A stretch of 64,000 nucleotides of DNA from a virus (taxonomy: Duplodnaviria; Caudoviricetes): positions 1 to 64,000 of the IMG/VR virus record IMGVR_UViG_2546826724_000006; one strand, written 5' to 3'. This document shows positions 1 to 9,513 of this stretch, in pieces (positions within the stretch are counted from its first letter, which is position 1; each line of letters opens with the position of its first letter). The notes beneath the pieces were generated by a model. That model saw nothing but the letters and a program-made list of their open reading frames with translations. It was not told the DNA's origin and ran no database searches. A program made the position numbers and the translations under genes.

Positions 1-1107
1 TCAAGCCTCTGATTTCGTTGAAGAAATTGCCTGTTGCCGCCGCACCGGGATAGGTGGTGCGGCGTCAGAAGTCTCAGAATAGCGGTCGGCAATGCGTGCG
101 GCCAGCTTCGTTCTGTTGGCTCCGCGCACGTAAGTCGCGCTCTCCCGACTGCCTTCCGCCCACCCGAACCAGGCGTTCAGCTCGGCCTCCGTGGCGCCGT
201 TCTCGGCGGCCCGGCGCGCGCCGGCCTTGCGCAGCCCGTGGGCTCGGCCCGGCAGCCCCATCTCGGCGCACACGTCCCGGAACCAGTTGCCGAAGCTCTC
301 CTTCGTATACGGCCGACCCTTCTCGGTCGCGATGAAGGTCAGCTCGCCGATCGGCGCGGCGGCGATGGATGCGGCCAGGGGCGGCAGGATCCGGATCGTG
401 ACCTCTTGCTCGGTCTTCTCGGTCATGATGCGGATGAGGCCGTTGCGGACATGCGGCCGCCCGAGGCGGGCGGCATCGCCGCGCCGCAGGCCGGTGTAGA
501 GCAGGATGTCGAGGGCAAGCCGCTCGCGCGTGCCGACCTTGTGTCGGGCTTCGAACCGGGCGACCTCCTCCTCGGTCCACGTGTGGAAACCGTTGCGGTC
601 GTTGGCGCCGGCCAGGAGCTTGACGCTCCGCGTAGGATCCGCCGGCACGATGTCGAGCGCCACAGCCCAGCCGAACAGCCCGCGCATGGTCTTCAGCCAG
701 TTGTTGGCGCCGTGGGGCTGCGCGGCCCGCTTGTCCATGCCTTTCTGGATCGAGAGCTTGTTGATGCTGTCCGCGGCCTCGTGCCCTGCAGCCTTCTTCG
801 TCTCCTTCAGGATGCCGGCGCGCTGCGCCCTGGTCGCGGCGGACAGCTCTGTCGTCCACTGGGCGCTCGCCATGTAGCTGTCGATCAGCCAGCCTAGCGA
901 GCCCGTCGTCTGCGCCTTTCGCGCCTCGGCGTCCGGCGCGTGGCCGCGGACGGCCTTCTCGTACTCCGCCCAGAACGCCTTGCTGCCGAACGGCTCCCGC
1001 AGCCGGATCCGCGGGCCTTCCCCGCGCCGGACGTACCAGACCTTCTCGCCGTGGCGGGTGGTCTCGTGGCGGAGATGGAGCGGGCGCGGGCGAGGCATGG
1101 CGTTCAT
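1..1107 (-). CDS. int: Prophage tyrosine integrase
   Basis: TGLRRGDA, HGLRKAG, FGW...ATY catalytic motifs; N-terminal arm-binding region (WYVRRGEGPRIRL). Confidence 0.93.
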   Translation of the reverse strand: MNAMPRPRPLHLRHETTRHGEKVWYVRRGEGPRIRLREPFGSKAFWAEYEKAVRGHAPDAEARKAQTTGSLGWLIDSYMASAQWTTELSAATRAQRAGILKETKKAAGHEAADSINKLSIQKGMDKRAAQPHGANNWLKTMRGLFGWAVALDIVPADPTRSVKLLAGANDRNGFHTWTEEEVARFEARHKVGTRERLALDILLYTGLRRGDAARLGRPHVRNGLIRIMTEKTEQEVTIRILPPLAASIAAAPIGELTFIATEKGRPYTKESFGNWFRDVCAEMGLPGRAHGLRKAGARRAAENGATEAELNAWFGWAEGSRESATYVRGANRTKLAARIADRYSETSDAAPPIPVRRQQAISSTKSEA

Positions 1108-1292
1108 AGGGCGATCACCCGAGTCCGCTGCGCAAGCCGATTTTCGCGATCGCTGGGCTGGCCATCGTCGGCCTCGACGCTGACACCCTCCGGCCGGAAC
1201 ACGATCCGCACCTTCTCGACGCCAGCCGAGCGCAGCGCCCGCGCCGCGCGCGCGATGTCGGCCTGAGTGACGCTCGCACCTCTACGGGGCAC
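1104..1292 (-). CDS. Small excisionase-like protein
   Basis: 62 aa from GTG 1292 (TQADIARAARALRSAG); overlaps the integrase start. Confidence 0.55.
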   Translation of the reverse strand: MPRRGASVTQADIARAARALRSAGVEKVRIVFRPEGVSVEADDGQPSDRENRLAQRTRVIAL

Positions 1293-1698
1293 CTCGTCCT
1301 CCTGTATTCTCGGATCGGGAGTCGGGAAGAGGGGTGGCCTTGCCGGCGAGAGTTCTGTCGCCGACCCGCTTGCGGTACGGCAGCGGCAGGCTCGACCAGT
1401 CGAACTCGTCCTTGAACTGTCCGCACACGTGCTCGCGGCGCGTGATGCAGTGGCCGGCGCGCAGGGGCATGGAGACATTCGTGATGCCGATAGCTGCCCA
1501 TCGCTCGGCGCCGCCGACCATCGCGCTCTGGTGGCACTCACCGGCGATCGAGCTGATGGAGTGCCACCAGTCGCAGCCGGCGCAGCATGGGCCGCGGCGG
1601 TGGTAGAAGGTGTCCAGCACCTCCTGGCGGGTGCCGCGTTCTCTGCGCTCAGCCGCTTCGGCCATGCGAGCGGCGACAGATGGCTGCCGAGGCTTCAT
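1282..1698 (-). CDS. Cys-rich hypothetical phage protein
   Basis: CCAGCDWW...GEC...HVCGQF; overlaps neighbouring genes. Confidence 0.6.
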   Translation of the reverse strand: MKPRQPSVAARMAEAAERRERGTRQEVLDTFYHRRGPCCAGCDWWHSISSIAGECHQSAMVGGAERWAAIGITNVSMPLRAGHCITRREHVCGQFKDEFDWSSLPLPYRKRVGDRTLAGKATPLPDSRSENTGGRGAP

Positions 1699-1934
1699 CG
1701 CCCCTCCTCCTGCGTCAGGAGAGCGAGCTTCGCGGATCGTCCGAGGCGGGGATCGGGCTCGACGGCGTCGGTCGCCACACCATACCCGTAGGAGGCTGCC
1801 ATCAGGTCGCCGATCGGCGAGTCTCGCAGCGTGGCGAGTTCGTCCCGCGAGAGCCGGATCCCTTTCCCGGAGTGAAGGTGGATGGTCATCTTGGCGAGGA
1901 TGAACCATGCGGGATGAAGCTCAGAGCGATCCAT
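1695..1934 (-). CDS. Hypothetical protein
   Basis: Overlapping start/stop with neighbours in the leftward operon. Confidence 0.5.
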   Translation of the reverse strand: MDRSELHPAWFILAKMTIHLHSGKGIRLSRDELATLRDSPIGDLMAASYGYGVATDAVEPDPRLGRSAKLALLTQEEGR

Positions 1935-2583
1935 CGCCAGCCTCCTGGGGTTCGGGGGAGAGGGCTCGGATGGCGTCGCGACCCTCGGCGATCATCGCCA
2001 TGTAGGCGGCATCGCCGATCTCAAGGCCCATGGCCTTGGCGAAGGCTGCGCATAGGTCAGCCGCATCCATGCGAGGTGAGCCGTCATCCTGCTCGGCCCA
2101 TTCGAGGCCTTCGCCGGCCGCCATGTCGACGAAGGGCAGGAGAAGCAGCGTCCCCTTGGCCCACCCGTTGGTCATTCGCCTTGCGTTGCCGATTTTCTCA
2201 CTTAGCGAGTCGATCACTGCGGACTGAAACCGGCACTTGCGAAGCATATCGGGCAGCGCCTCGGCAGCTCCCTCCGCTTCCCTCACCCTATCCCGAAGGT
2301 TGGCGTTCTCGGCGCGGAGGTGGGCGACCTGCTGAGACAGGACCGCGATCTTGGTCTCCTGCCAGCAGGCGGGGGCGAACTCTGTCGCCTCGCTGGCGAG
2401 GTGCATCGTGGTCCCATCGCCATCGGCACGGGCACGGGCGTCGGCCTCGGTGTAGAGGCCCGCTTCCGCGAGGACGCCTGTGTAGCCCATGGCGTTGGGC
2501 CGCCAGTACAGCCCGCGCTTGATGAGCACGAACTCCCGCATCTCCTCGGCCGTCCGGCCGGTCTCGGGGGCGGGGGACGTCAT
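1921..2583 (-). CDS. Hypothetical phage protein
   Basis: Start MTSPAPE coupled to upstream stop; GLYWRPNAMGYT motif then coiled coil. Confidence 0.6.
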   Translation of the reverse strand: MTSPAPETGRTAEEMREFVLIKRGLYWRPNAMGYTGVLAEAGLYTEADARARADGDGTTMHLASEATEFAPACWQETKIAVLSQQVAHLRAENANLRDRVREAEGAAEALPDMLRKCRFQSAVIDSLSEKIGNARRMTNGWAKGTLLLLPFVDMAAGEGLEWAEQDDGSPRMDAADLCAAFAKAMGLEIGDAAYMAMIAEGRDAIRALSPEPQEAGDGSL

Positions 2584-2795
2584 GGCGACACCTGTTGGAG
2601 CACGCTGAAACCGACCATGCCGAAGACGCACGTGATGCCGGCGGTCGCGACAGATCCGAGCGCGAGTTCGAAGGATGACTCGGCTCCGCGTAGCGATGCT
2701 TTGATCGCGCGGACGAGCAGGGCGAACGACCACAAGGCCATCAGCGCCGCAAAGGTGAACGGGAACACAGACAGGGTGATCAGGAGGGCGCTCAT
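2580..2795 (-). CDS. Small membrane protein
   Basis: Two hydrophobic segments; ATGA coupling. Confidence 0.5.
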   Translation of the reverse strand: MSALLITLSVFPFTFAALMALWSFALLVRAIKASLRGAESSFELALGSVATAGITCVFGMVGFSVLQQVSP

Positions 2796-3109
2796 TCTGC
2801 GGCCTCCAGAGCTTCAGCAGAGCGATAGACGCCGTACCGGACCCGGCGCACGCCGCCATGGCGGACGAGATAGGCCAGGGCGTTGTAGATCTGCTTGTAG
2901 GTGGTCTCTGGAGCGTCGGCCCGCACGGCGCCAGCGATCTCGTCGATGCCGTATTCGCGACCAGGGCGGATCACCTCGGCGACGCGGCTGGACACGTCGC
3001 CTCGGATTGTAACGACATGGCCCTCAGGCCGGAGGCGCCGGAGCACGGTCAGACGCTCCTCGTCGGTGAGCGTGTCGACGAGCAGGAGGACAGCGGAGAG
3101 GACGCTCAT
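2792..3109 (-). CDS. Putative winged-helix protein
   Basis: EYGIDEIAGAV...KQIYNALAYLVRHGGVRRVRYGVY. Confidence 0.55.
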   Translation of the reverse strand: MSVLSAVLLLVDTLTDEERLTVLRRLRPEGHVVTIRGDVSSRVAEVIRPGREYGIDEIAGAVRADAPETTYKQIYNALAYLVRHGGVRRVRYGVYRSAEALEAAE

Positions 3110-3287
3110 TGATCCGCCTCCGTGGTGGACGGAGCGTCGGAGGGGGCTGCAGCACGAAGCTCGCGGATGACGTCCATCGCGAGATCAAGGGACGCGGAGT
3201 CGGCTTCCAGCCGGCTGCGGCGCGAGGCCGTCATGACGACCGGGCGGATGCTCATGAGGTAGAGCGCCCCGTAGTAGAGCCAGGACA

Positions 3288-4148
3288 TCACCGCACCTCC
3301 CCAGCAGCCTGAAGGGTGCGGAGGGCGGCTTCGATGTCGTTGGCAAGCTTCCAGTCGGCGTCCCTCTCCTTGGTCGGGAAGGGCACATCGTTGGCCCTCA
3401 ACCGCAGCCAGCGGGCATAGTGCTCGGAGGCCATGTATGAGGACGAGAGGTCGCCAAGGAAGGCTTTCGCCTCCTCCACCGTCATCTGAGGATCGACTGG
3501 GGTCTGGGAGGGAGAGGACTTGGGCGTTGCTTCGGGCGTTCCGGCTTCGCCGTCGCTTGCTCGTGAACCGAGCCCTTCGGTCTCGGCCCTCCGGGCTTCG
3601 CCAGCTAACGCGCCCCCTGGCGCTCGCACTTCGGCCAGGGGGCACTTCATATTTCCGCCGGAGAGAGTTCCGGGTTGGGATCCGGCCGCCGCGGGATCGC
3701 GCGACGGGTCATCTCGAACATGGGCAATCACCTCCTTTCGTGGACTTGGACGTCGATGGGCACGGCGGCTCAGCCATTGTTCTGAACCGCTTTCGCTGGC
3801 GATGCGTCGTTCACGCCTGCTTTCGTAGGCGGGCTCATCATCGCCAAATGGGCCGCGCGAAGGACACTCGGGCGTAGCCCCGAGACCGGAGGGCTCGGCT
3901 CGCGAGTGGCCTGACCCCATCGGGGTCGCGCCCTTCGTCTCTTCCCCCGATCCTGTAGAGGCGACGAGCTTGCCTAGGATCTCTTCGGCGCAATCCCGCA
4001 CGCTGTCAGGGTCAAGGTCGTAGTCCACCGCATTGTGGTGATAAATCGTGATGTGGCGGCGGATCAGAGCTTCAATCTCGGCCCGCCCGACATCTTCTCC
4101 GACACGCGGGTTGGAAGCGGTGGTGATCGGGTTGGTTGCTTCGGCCAT
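3288..4148 (-). CDS. Hypothetical protein
   Basis: Long ORF in the coupled leftward operon; low-complexity middle. Confidence 0.45.
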   Translation of the reverse strand: MAEATNPITTASNPRVGEDVGRAEIEALIRRHITIYHHNAVDYDLDPDSVRDCAEEILGKLVASTGSGEETKGATPMGSGHSRAEPSGLGATPECPSRGPFGDDEPAYESRRERRIASESGSEQWLSRRAHRRPSPRKEVIAHVRDDPSRDPAAAGSQPGTLSGGNMKCPLAEVRAPGGALAGEARRAETEGLGSRASDGEAGTPEATPKSSPSQTPVDPQMTVEEAKAFLGDLSSSYMASEHYARWLRLRANDVPFPTKERDADWKLANDIEAALRTLQAAGEVR

Positions 4149-4149
4149 G

Positions 4150-4482
4150 TCATGCCTCCGAGGGGGTGAGAGCCAGAGCCTGACCATCACGGAGGCCCTT
4201 CTCGTAGCCGCGCTCTTCCTCGCGGCGCAGCGCCTGCGCGTGGTCGGATGACATGGCGTGGATCGCCCGATGCAGGTTGGTGTCCTCGGCCCGGTAGGCG
4301 GCCAGTTCCGCCTCCTGCCGGCGAAGGCGCTCCAGCAGGTGATGCTCGCCGGGGATCCGCATCAGGCAGACGGGGGTCTCCATCTCGTCAGCCCCGAAGT
4401 GCTGGCGGGCCCAGCGCTCTTGCGCCTTGGTGAAGGCCTCGCCGCAATGAAAGCAGCGCCAGTGGATTTTGCGGTCTGCCAT
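4150..4482 (-). CDS. Zn-finger-like hypothetical protein
   Basis: WRCFHCGE...ARQHFG followed by coiled coil. Confidence 0.6.
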   Translation of the reverse strand: MADRKIHWRCFHCGEAFTKAQERWARQHFGADEMETPVCLMRIPGEHHLLERLRRQEAELAAYRAEDTNLHRAIHAMSSDHAQALRREEERGYEKGLRDGQALALTPSEA

Positions 4483-4485
4483 CTC

Positions 4486-4956
4486 TCAGGCTCCCGACGT
4501 TTCGGTCGCGGGGGCGAGGGACAGAAGCCGGGTGATCTCGGCAGGAAGAGCCGGCGGCGTCAGCTCGACAGCCTGCGGGGCGGCCCAGGGCTCGCCAGCG
4601 GTCGGCTCCGCCCCCCAGTCCACGACGATCTCGCCGGTAGCGAGGTAGTGGTCGCGGAGGCGCTTGAGGGTCGCGATGACGCGGTGGGCGGGGTAGCGGA
4701 TGCCGCCCGCATGAAGCCGCTCGTCCATCCAGCCCGGCGGGCAGGCCAAGTCATCACCGAGCGAGCCGTCAATGTCTAAGAACCCGTCGATGGTGCAGCT
4801 CGCGGCGTGCGAGACGGCCTTGATGTGACCCATGATGCAGCCAGGCGTTCCGCACTCTGGCGATCCGATGAACGCCATATTGATCCGCTCCGGCGGCTGC
4901 GCCTCCAGATGCGCGATGAGCTTGTCGAGGTTCGGGACGTTGAGGTGAGCGGACAT
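4486..4956 (-). CDS. Hypothetical phage protein
   Basis: CGTPGCIMGH motif typical of phage early hypotheticals. Confidence 0.6.
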   Translation of the reverse strand: MSAHLNVPNLDKLIAHLEAQPPERINMAFIGSPECGTPGCIMGHIKAVSHAASCTIDGFLDIDGSLGDDLACPPGWMDERLHAGGIRYPAHRVIATLKRLRDHYLATGEIVVDWGAEPTAGEPWAAPQAVELTPPALPAEITRLLSLAPATETSGA

Positions 4957-4963
4957 TTCAGTC

Positions 4964-5179
4964 TTACCTGTTAGTGCCTACCCCAGTGGGGCGCTTCGGT
5001 TGATCCAAGACTGCCCTTAGCTCCGGCGTCATGACGCCGACGCCGTAGCAGTGAGTGCAGACGCCTAAATTGGCCGGGAAGTGATAGCCTTGCCCATCGC
5101 ACTTTGAGCAGATCATTAGTTGCCCGACTTGCAGGCGCGCGAGTATTTCGCGCTCGTAGCTTGTGTACACCGCCGCCAT
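4964..5179 (-). CDS. Small Zn-ribbon protein
   Basis: CSKCDGQG...CTHCYGVG. Confidence 0.5.
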   Translation of the reverse strand: MAAVYTSYEREILARLQVGQLMICSKCDGQGYHFPANLGVCTHCYGVGVMTPELRAVLDQPKRPTGVGTNR

Positions 5180-5182
5180 TGA

Positions 5183-5668
5183 TCAATCCCTTGATGGTCG
5201 ATTGCGGGCTTCATCATAAAGCTTGACCCACAATGGCTTTCTGCCGTGCATGCGGTAGCCCTTAATCCAATCCTCCAGCCCCCTGTTTGTGCCTTGAGCG
5301 ATTGCAAGCTCTGTATTGAGTCGAACGATCTCAGCCTCAAGCTCGCGGACGCGTTCGTCAGCCCGTTCGTTGGCTGTATTGAACCCGTCTTGATAATCGA
5401 CCGAATGCTGGCCGCCCGTATTTTCCGGCACATGCTTGTTGGGCCAGAGACAAACAATCGCGTGAGGCGGCTCAGCCGGTAGTTCTTCGTATGGAATAAG
5501 CACTTCCAGCGCCTTCAAGTCCGCGGCTAATTCGTTCCAGTCGTTACGGTTGACGGCAAGAGGGAGCCAGTCGTGATGTCCCGTATTGTCAACGAGTGCC
5601 CACGCTGACCGTACCACAGCTAATACTGCTGCATACGCCACTGGGTTGGCCTTGACCACAAAGTCCAT
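5183..5668 (-). CDS. Hypothetical protein (lower GC)
   Basis: 161-aa ORF, visibly more AT-rich than flanks. Confidence 0.5.
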   Translation of the reverse strand: MDFVVKANPVAYAAVLAVVRSAWALVDNTGHHDWLPLAVNRNDWNELAADLKALEVLIPYEELPAEPPHAIVCLWPNKHVPENTGGQHSVDYQDGFNTANERADERVRELEAEIVRLNTELAIAQGTNRGLEDWIKGYRMHGRKPLWVKLYDEARNRPSRD

Positions 5669-5899
5669 CTCAGTGCTCCATGATTAGAGCACCTGAGGTG
5701 CTCAGGTGTTGCCGCGGGGCTGCGCGAGGGATGGAAGCGGCTTTGCCGGGATGACGCGAAGCGGCGTCATCCGAAGGACGACAGCCCGGTTCGCTCTGCG
5801 AACGCGCCCGTCTCTTTGCCCCAGCAGAGCGGACAGGCTTGTCGAGGTGGACGGTTGTGGTGGTGAGCGCGATGGCGCCGATCAGGGCGATGGAGGCGG

Positions 5900-6112
5900 T
5901 CATCGCGTCCTCGCTTTTGTCGGCTTACGGGTGTCTGCGACGCGCCGGGCTTCCTCCACGGCCTCGTCTGACCAGAAGCACTCGTTCCCGCGGCCTTGAC
6001 CGGAGACGCCGCCCGGTGCACTCGGCAGGAAGCCGCGGGCTTTCCACTTGCGCAGAAGATCAGGTGCGACGCCGAGCAGGCGGGCCACGTCGCTGGTTCG
6101 CCGCTCGTTCAC
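5900..6112 (-). CDS. MerR-like HTH DNA-binding protein
   Basis: TSDVARLLGVAPDLLRKWKARGFLP. Confidence 0.6.
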   Translation of the reverse strand: MNERRTSDVARLLGVAPDLLRKWKARGFLPSAPGGVSGQGRGNECFWSDEAVEEARRVADTRKPTKARTR

Positions 6113-6164
6113 GCGGCTTTTCCTGCGGTGTAGGCGAGCAGACCGGCGGCCAGGGCGAGGGAGG

Positions 6165-6419
6165 TCATGCGGCCTCCGCAGTGCGCGCATCAGGGTCGAT
6201 GCCCATCCGCCGGCAGATGACGTGCGCGTAGGTGCTGCCGGTGGTGTACAGCTCCATGGCGAGCACCCAGTTGGGCGAGCGCTGCCACTGGCGGGCACAG
6301 GTGCGTCGAGCGCCGCGGAAGACGCGCAGGGCGAGTTGCGGGTCCGGCACGAGCCGAGCGACGTCGCGCTCGATCCGCTCCCACTCGGCCTTGCGGTCGA
6401 TCTTGAAGGGCTCGCTCAT
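6165..6419 (-). CDS. Hypothetical protein
   Basis: Coupled ORF in the early operon. Confidence 0.5.
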   Translation of the reverse strand: MSEPFKIDRKAEWERIERDVARLVPDPQLALRVFRGARRTCARQWQRSPNWVLAMELYTTGSTYAHVICRRMGIDPDARTAEAA

Positions 6420-6480
6420 GCGTCATCTCCCGCGGTGATCGCGATGGCGCCGGCTAGGGCGAGGGGGAGGAGGACGGAGG

Positions 6481-6804
6481 TCATACGGCCTCCCGCGTGC
6501 TGTCCCAGATCGTTTCGGACGGGGTCACGATCAGCCAGGAGTGCTGGCACAGCCGCTCCCGCAGCCGGTTCGCGAGCGCGATGGCCTTTGCGAAGATCAG
6601 ATCGGGCTCGGCCGGGAAGCGCGGGTAGTTCAGCAGCCCGACGCGCACGCCAGCCTCGGCGCCGCCCGTGTAGATGAACTCGGTCGGCTCGACCGTGACG
6701 CAGAGCCCCGACATGCAGAACTCGCGGCAGACCTGCCGAGCCGTCGCGAGATCGCCCGCGAGGTAGATCGTTGCCGTGAAGGTAGGTTCGGTGCAGCTGG
6801 TCAT
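6481..6804 (-). CDS. Hypothetical phage protein
   Basis: CVTVEPTEFIYTGGAEAGVRVGLLNYPRFP. Confidence 0.6.
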   Translation of the reverse strand: MTSCTEPTFTATIYLAGDLATARQVCREFCMSGLCVTVEPTEFIYTGGAEAGVRVGLLNYPRFPAEPDLIFAKAIALANRLRERLCQHSWLIVTPSETIWDSTREAV

Positions 6805-7553
6805 GCAGCACTCTCCAGACCATCTTCGGCGAGCACGCAGAGAAAATCGCAGGCTGGAGCGACCGCCTCGGTCATCGGCTGGTCAGCCGGGATCTCGTCG
6901 ATGAAGACGCGCTCGCCCTGGAGCTTTGCCAGCCGAACGCCGAGATCGCGCGCCTGGGCGGCGGTAGCCGCGAACTCGGCCGGGAAGTGGTGGCGGAACA
7001 GCGCCCAGTAGCCGGGCGACTGAGCCTTCACGCACCCCGTGCGCAGGCAGTTCGCGTTCGGGAAGCCCAGACCGTAGGTGCGCGGTAGCCTGAGCCCGGC
7101 GCGCTCGACCATGGCGAGCGTCGCGGCTTTGGTAAGCCCCTGCTCGATCAGCGGCGCGCGCACCGTCAGCTCGAAATAGGTCGCCTTCAGGCGCTCGAAC
7201 CGCTCCACGTCACCGCGGTCGGCCGTGTAGCCGAACACGTGGACGTCATCGGGCCGCTGGAAGGCGAGACGGGGCTCGACCTTCATCGCCCTGGTGCAGG
7301 ACGCGCCAGCGATGCCGGCCATGTAGCGCTCGCGGCGCCACACCTCAGGGACGCTCTCGAACTTGTCGGATCGGAGCACCGTGACTGAGGCGTTGAGCCA
7401 GCGCATCACGTCCGCCTCGAAGCGGTAGTTGTCTGGATCCTCGTTGTTGGTCTCGCAGCGGGCGATGATCGCGTTCGGCTTCTCGCGGAGGATCAGACGG
7501 GCTGCAATGGCGCTGGCGGCCCCGGTGGACCACCACATGATCGTGCGGCTCAT
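6801..7553 (-). CDS. PAPS-reductase-like (PP-loop) protein
   Basis: N-terminal WWSTGAASA PP-loop variant; CTRAMK and NANCLRTGCVK Cys motifs. Confidence 0.7.
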   Translation of the reverse strand: MSRTIMWWSTGAASAIAARLILREKPNAIIARCETNNEDPDNYRFEADVMRWLNASVTVLRSDKFESVPEVWRRERYMAGIAGASCTRAMKVEPRLAFQRPDDVHVFGYTADRGDVERFERLKATYFELTVRAPLIEQGLTKAATLAMVERAGLRLPRTYGLGFPNANCLRTGCVKAQSPGYWALFRHHFPAEFAATAAQARDLGVRLAKLQGERVFIDEIPADQPMTEAVAPACDFLCVLAEDGLESAA

Positions 7554-7710
7554 GCGCAGGTCCTCTCGTCCTCACCCGCCTTCCCGGCGGCCAGGGCATC
7601 GGTGGCGGGGAGAGCGGGGACGCGCCGGCGGCGGTCGGACCAGAACGATACGCCGACGATCGCCACGAAGCCGACGAAGGCGGCGAGGATCCCGAGGGTG
7701 AGGGAGCCGG

Positions 7711-8601
7711 TCATGCCGCGGCTCCGGGCATGCCGTTGTGCTCGACGCCGTCGATCGTCCGGCCGGCCTTGCGCTTGCCGACCCGGCGGACGTGGCGCCC
7801 GTCCTCGAATGAGTGGATCGGGCCCGGCCCCTCGACCTCGCTGACCGAGACCCACTCGCCGTTCTGCTTGTGGTGGTAGGGCACGCCCGCCGCGTCGCAG
7901 GCGTCGCGGATGTCCCGGAACCACTGCGGGTTGGTCGGTCGCGCCTTGTGGCCGCCCTGGTCGGTCTCACCGCCGGTGATGACCCAGTCGATGCGCTCGA
8001 TGGCGGAGGCCTTCAGGGCGTCGCGCACGACCTCGTAGCGGCCCGCCGTCCCGTAGTGGATCCGGGTGAAATCGATCGGCCCGAGCAGCGGCTCGGCGGA
8101 AACGAAGCTGAACGCCGGGCGCAGATCCCGCGCGGCGTCGAGCAGGTGCCGGACGTTCCGGTTGGCGATCTCTTGGTTCTCGCAGGTGGCGCCGAGCGCG
8201 GCGTTCTCCGGTAGACTGCCAGCGTCCTCCGCCATGGCGACCGCGTTCTGCGGCCGCTTCGACAGCAGCATGTGCAGCAGGTGCGGCGTCTCGCGCATCA
8301 CCGCGAACCACTCGCGCCGGATGCCCGGGTCCGCGGCGTTGTCCCAGGGGTCGCAGAGCGACGGGAACACGCTGATGACGCGGCCGGCGGCCTTCGCCTC
8401 GCGGTCCCATCTGGCGAGCTGCCGCCAGTAGGACTCGCTGGTCCGACTGCGCTCACCGTGCGGGCCCCACTCGACCCGGCCGAGGCGCGTGTCCATCAGA
8501 TGCGCGGCATAGCAGCCGTCGCACGCGGGGCTGACCTTCGTGCAGCCGATCCAGGGCGACCAGGTCCGGTCGCACCAAGAGATGCCGGTCTCCTCAGCCA
8601 T
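7711..8601 (-). CDS. Phage Gp37/Gp68 (DUF5131) family protein
   Basis: TWSPWIGCTKVSPACDGCYA, SAEPLLGPID, WVITGGET, HKQNGEW. Confidence 0.9.
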   Translation of the reverse strand: MAEETGISWCDRTWSPWIGCTKVSPACDGCYAAHLMDTRLGRVEWGPHGERSRTSESYWRQLARWDREAKAAGRVISVFPSLCDPWDNAADPGIRREWFAVMRETPHLLHMLLSKRPQNAVAMAEDAGSLPENAALGATCENQEIANRNVRHLLDAARDLRPAFSFVSAEPLLGPIDFTRIHYGTAGRYEVVRDALKASAIERIDWVITGGETDQGGHKARPTNPQWFRDIRDACDAAGVPYHHKQNGEWVSVSEVEGPGPIHSFEDGRHVRRVGKRKAGRTIDGVEHNGMPGAAA

Positions 8602-8957
8602 CACGCGGCCTCCGCCATCGCAGCGGCCTCGCGGCGCACGGCTTCCTCAAGCGCAACAGCGCGACGGGCTCTCACGAGGACGACACGGAGAACGTCCGCG
8701 TCCTTGAGGCCGAAGCGGCGGGCGATGCCGTCTCTGTCGCCGTACCCAGCGGTGGAGACGGCCTTGAGCATCCGGCGGTAGCGATCGACGTCGGCAGGAC
8801 GTCCGGCTTCACCGCAGGCGATATGCCCTACGTATTTGCGGACGGTCCGGTAGGACCGATCCATGATGGCGGCGATGTCCGTGCGAGACAGGCCCTGCTC
8901 TGCGAGGGCGATCATCTCGGCGACTTCGCTCGGCGGGATGGGAAGGCCGGTGTTCAT
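8601..8957 (-). CDS. HTH protein
   Basis: GLSRTDIAAIMDRSYRTVRKY. Confidence 0.6.
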   Translation of the reverse strand: MNTGLPIPPSEVAEMIALAEQGLSRTDIAAIMDRSYRTVRKYVGHIACGEAGRPADVDRYRRMLKAVSTAGYGDRDGIARRFGLKDADVLRVVLVRARRAVALEEAVRREAAAMAEAA

Positions 8958-9099
8958 TTGCCGTCTCCATCCTCAAGCCTGCGATACGCCTCCCGCTCCG
9001 CGTCCTCCTCTCGGAGATCTTGGATCGCGAACCACATGAGGAAGCCGAAGACGAGGAGTGCGGCAGTGCCGAAGCCAGCGAGGTAGCCGAGCCAGAACA

Positions 9100-9513
9100 T
9101 CAGGCGGCCCTCCGAGCGGCATCCTCAAAGCCGGCGTCTGACCAGACGACCCCGCGCTCGGCGGCGAAGGCATCAATCAGCGCTAGCAACTCGCTGAACT
9201 CGGCCTTGCTCATGTCCGAGGTCCGCATGCCGAGCGGAACGAAGGTGCCGGGATCAATGCCGGGCACGACGCGGGCCTTGCGGAGCGACGCGCTGAGCAC
9301 GTCCTTCCAGTCCTCGCTGGACAGCTTCTGGCCGTACCAGTCGACCTGCTTGGAGATGTCGGCCAGACGGGCCCACAGGAGCGCGTTGGCGTCGAGCGAC
9401 CTGCGTGGCCCCTTGAACTCCACGCGCGTGCCCTCAGGCAGTCCCTGGATCCATTTGATAGCCCGCTCGCGGACGGCGGCGTTGGCGAGGATGAGGAAGG
9501 CGCGGCCGGTCAC
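9100..9513 (-). CDS. ninB: NinB/YbcN-family recombination protein
   Basis: RRSLDANALLWARLADISKQV; TSDMSKAEFSELLALIDAFAAERGV. Confidence 0.85.
   Translation of the reverse strand: MTGRAFLILANAAVRERAIKWIQGLPEGTRVEFKGPRRSLDANALLWARLADISKQVDWYGQKLSSEDWKDVLSASLRKARVVPGIDPGTFVPLGMRTSDMSKAEFSELLALIDAFAAERGVVWSDAGFEDAARRAA

Noticed and set aside
1-60. Helper prophage attL
   Set aside because: The window begins at the integrase stop and the other prophage end lies outside it, so no repeat can be verified
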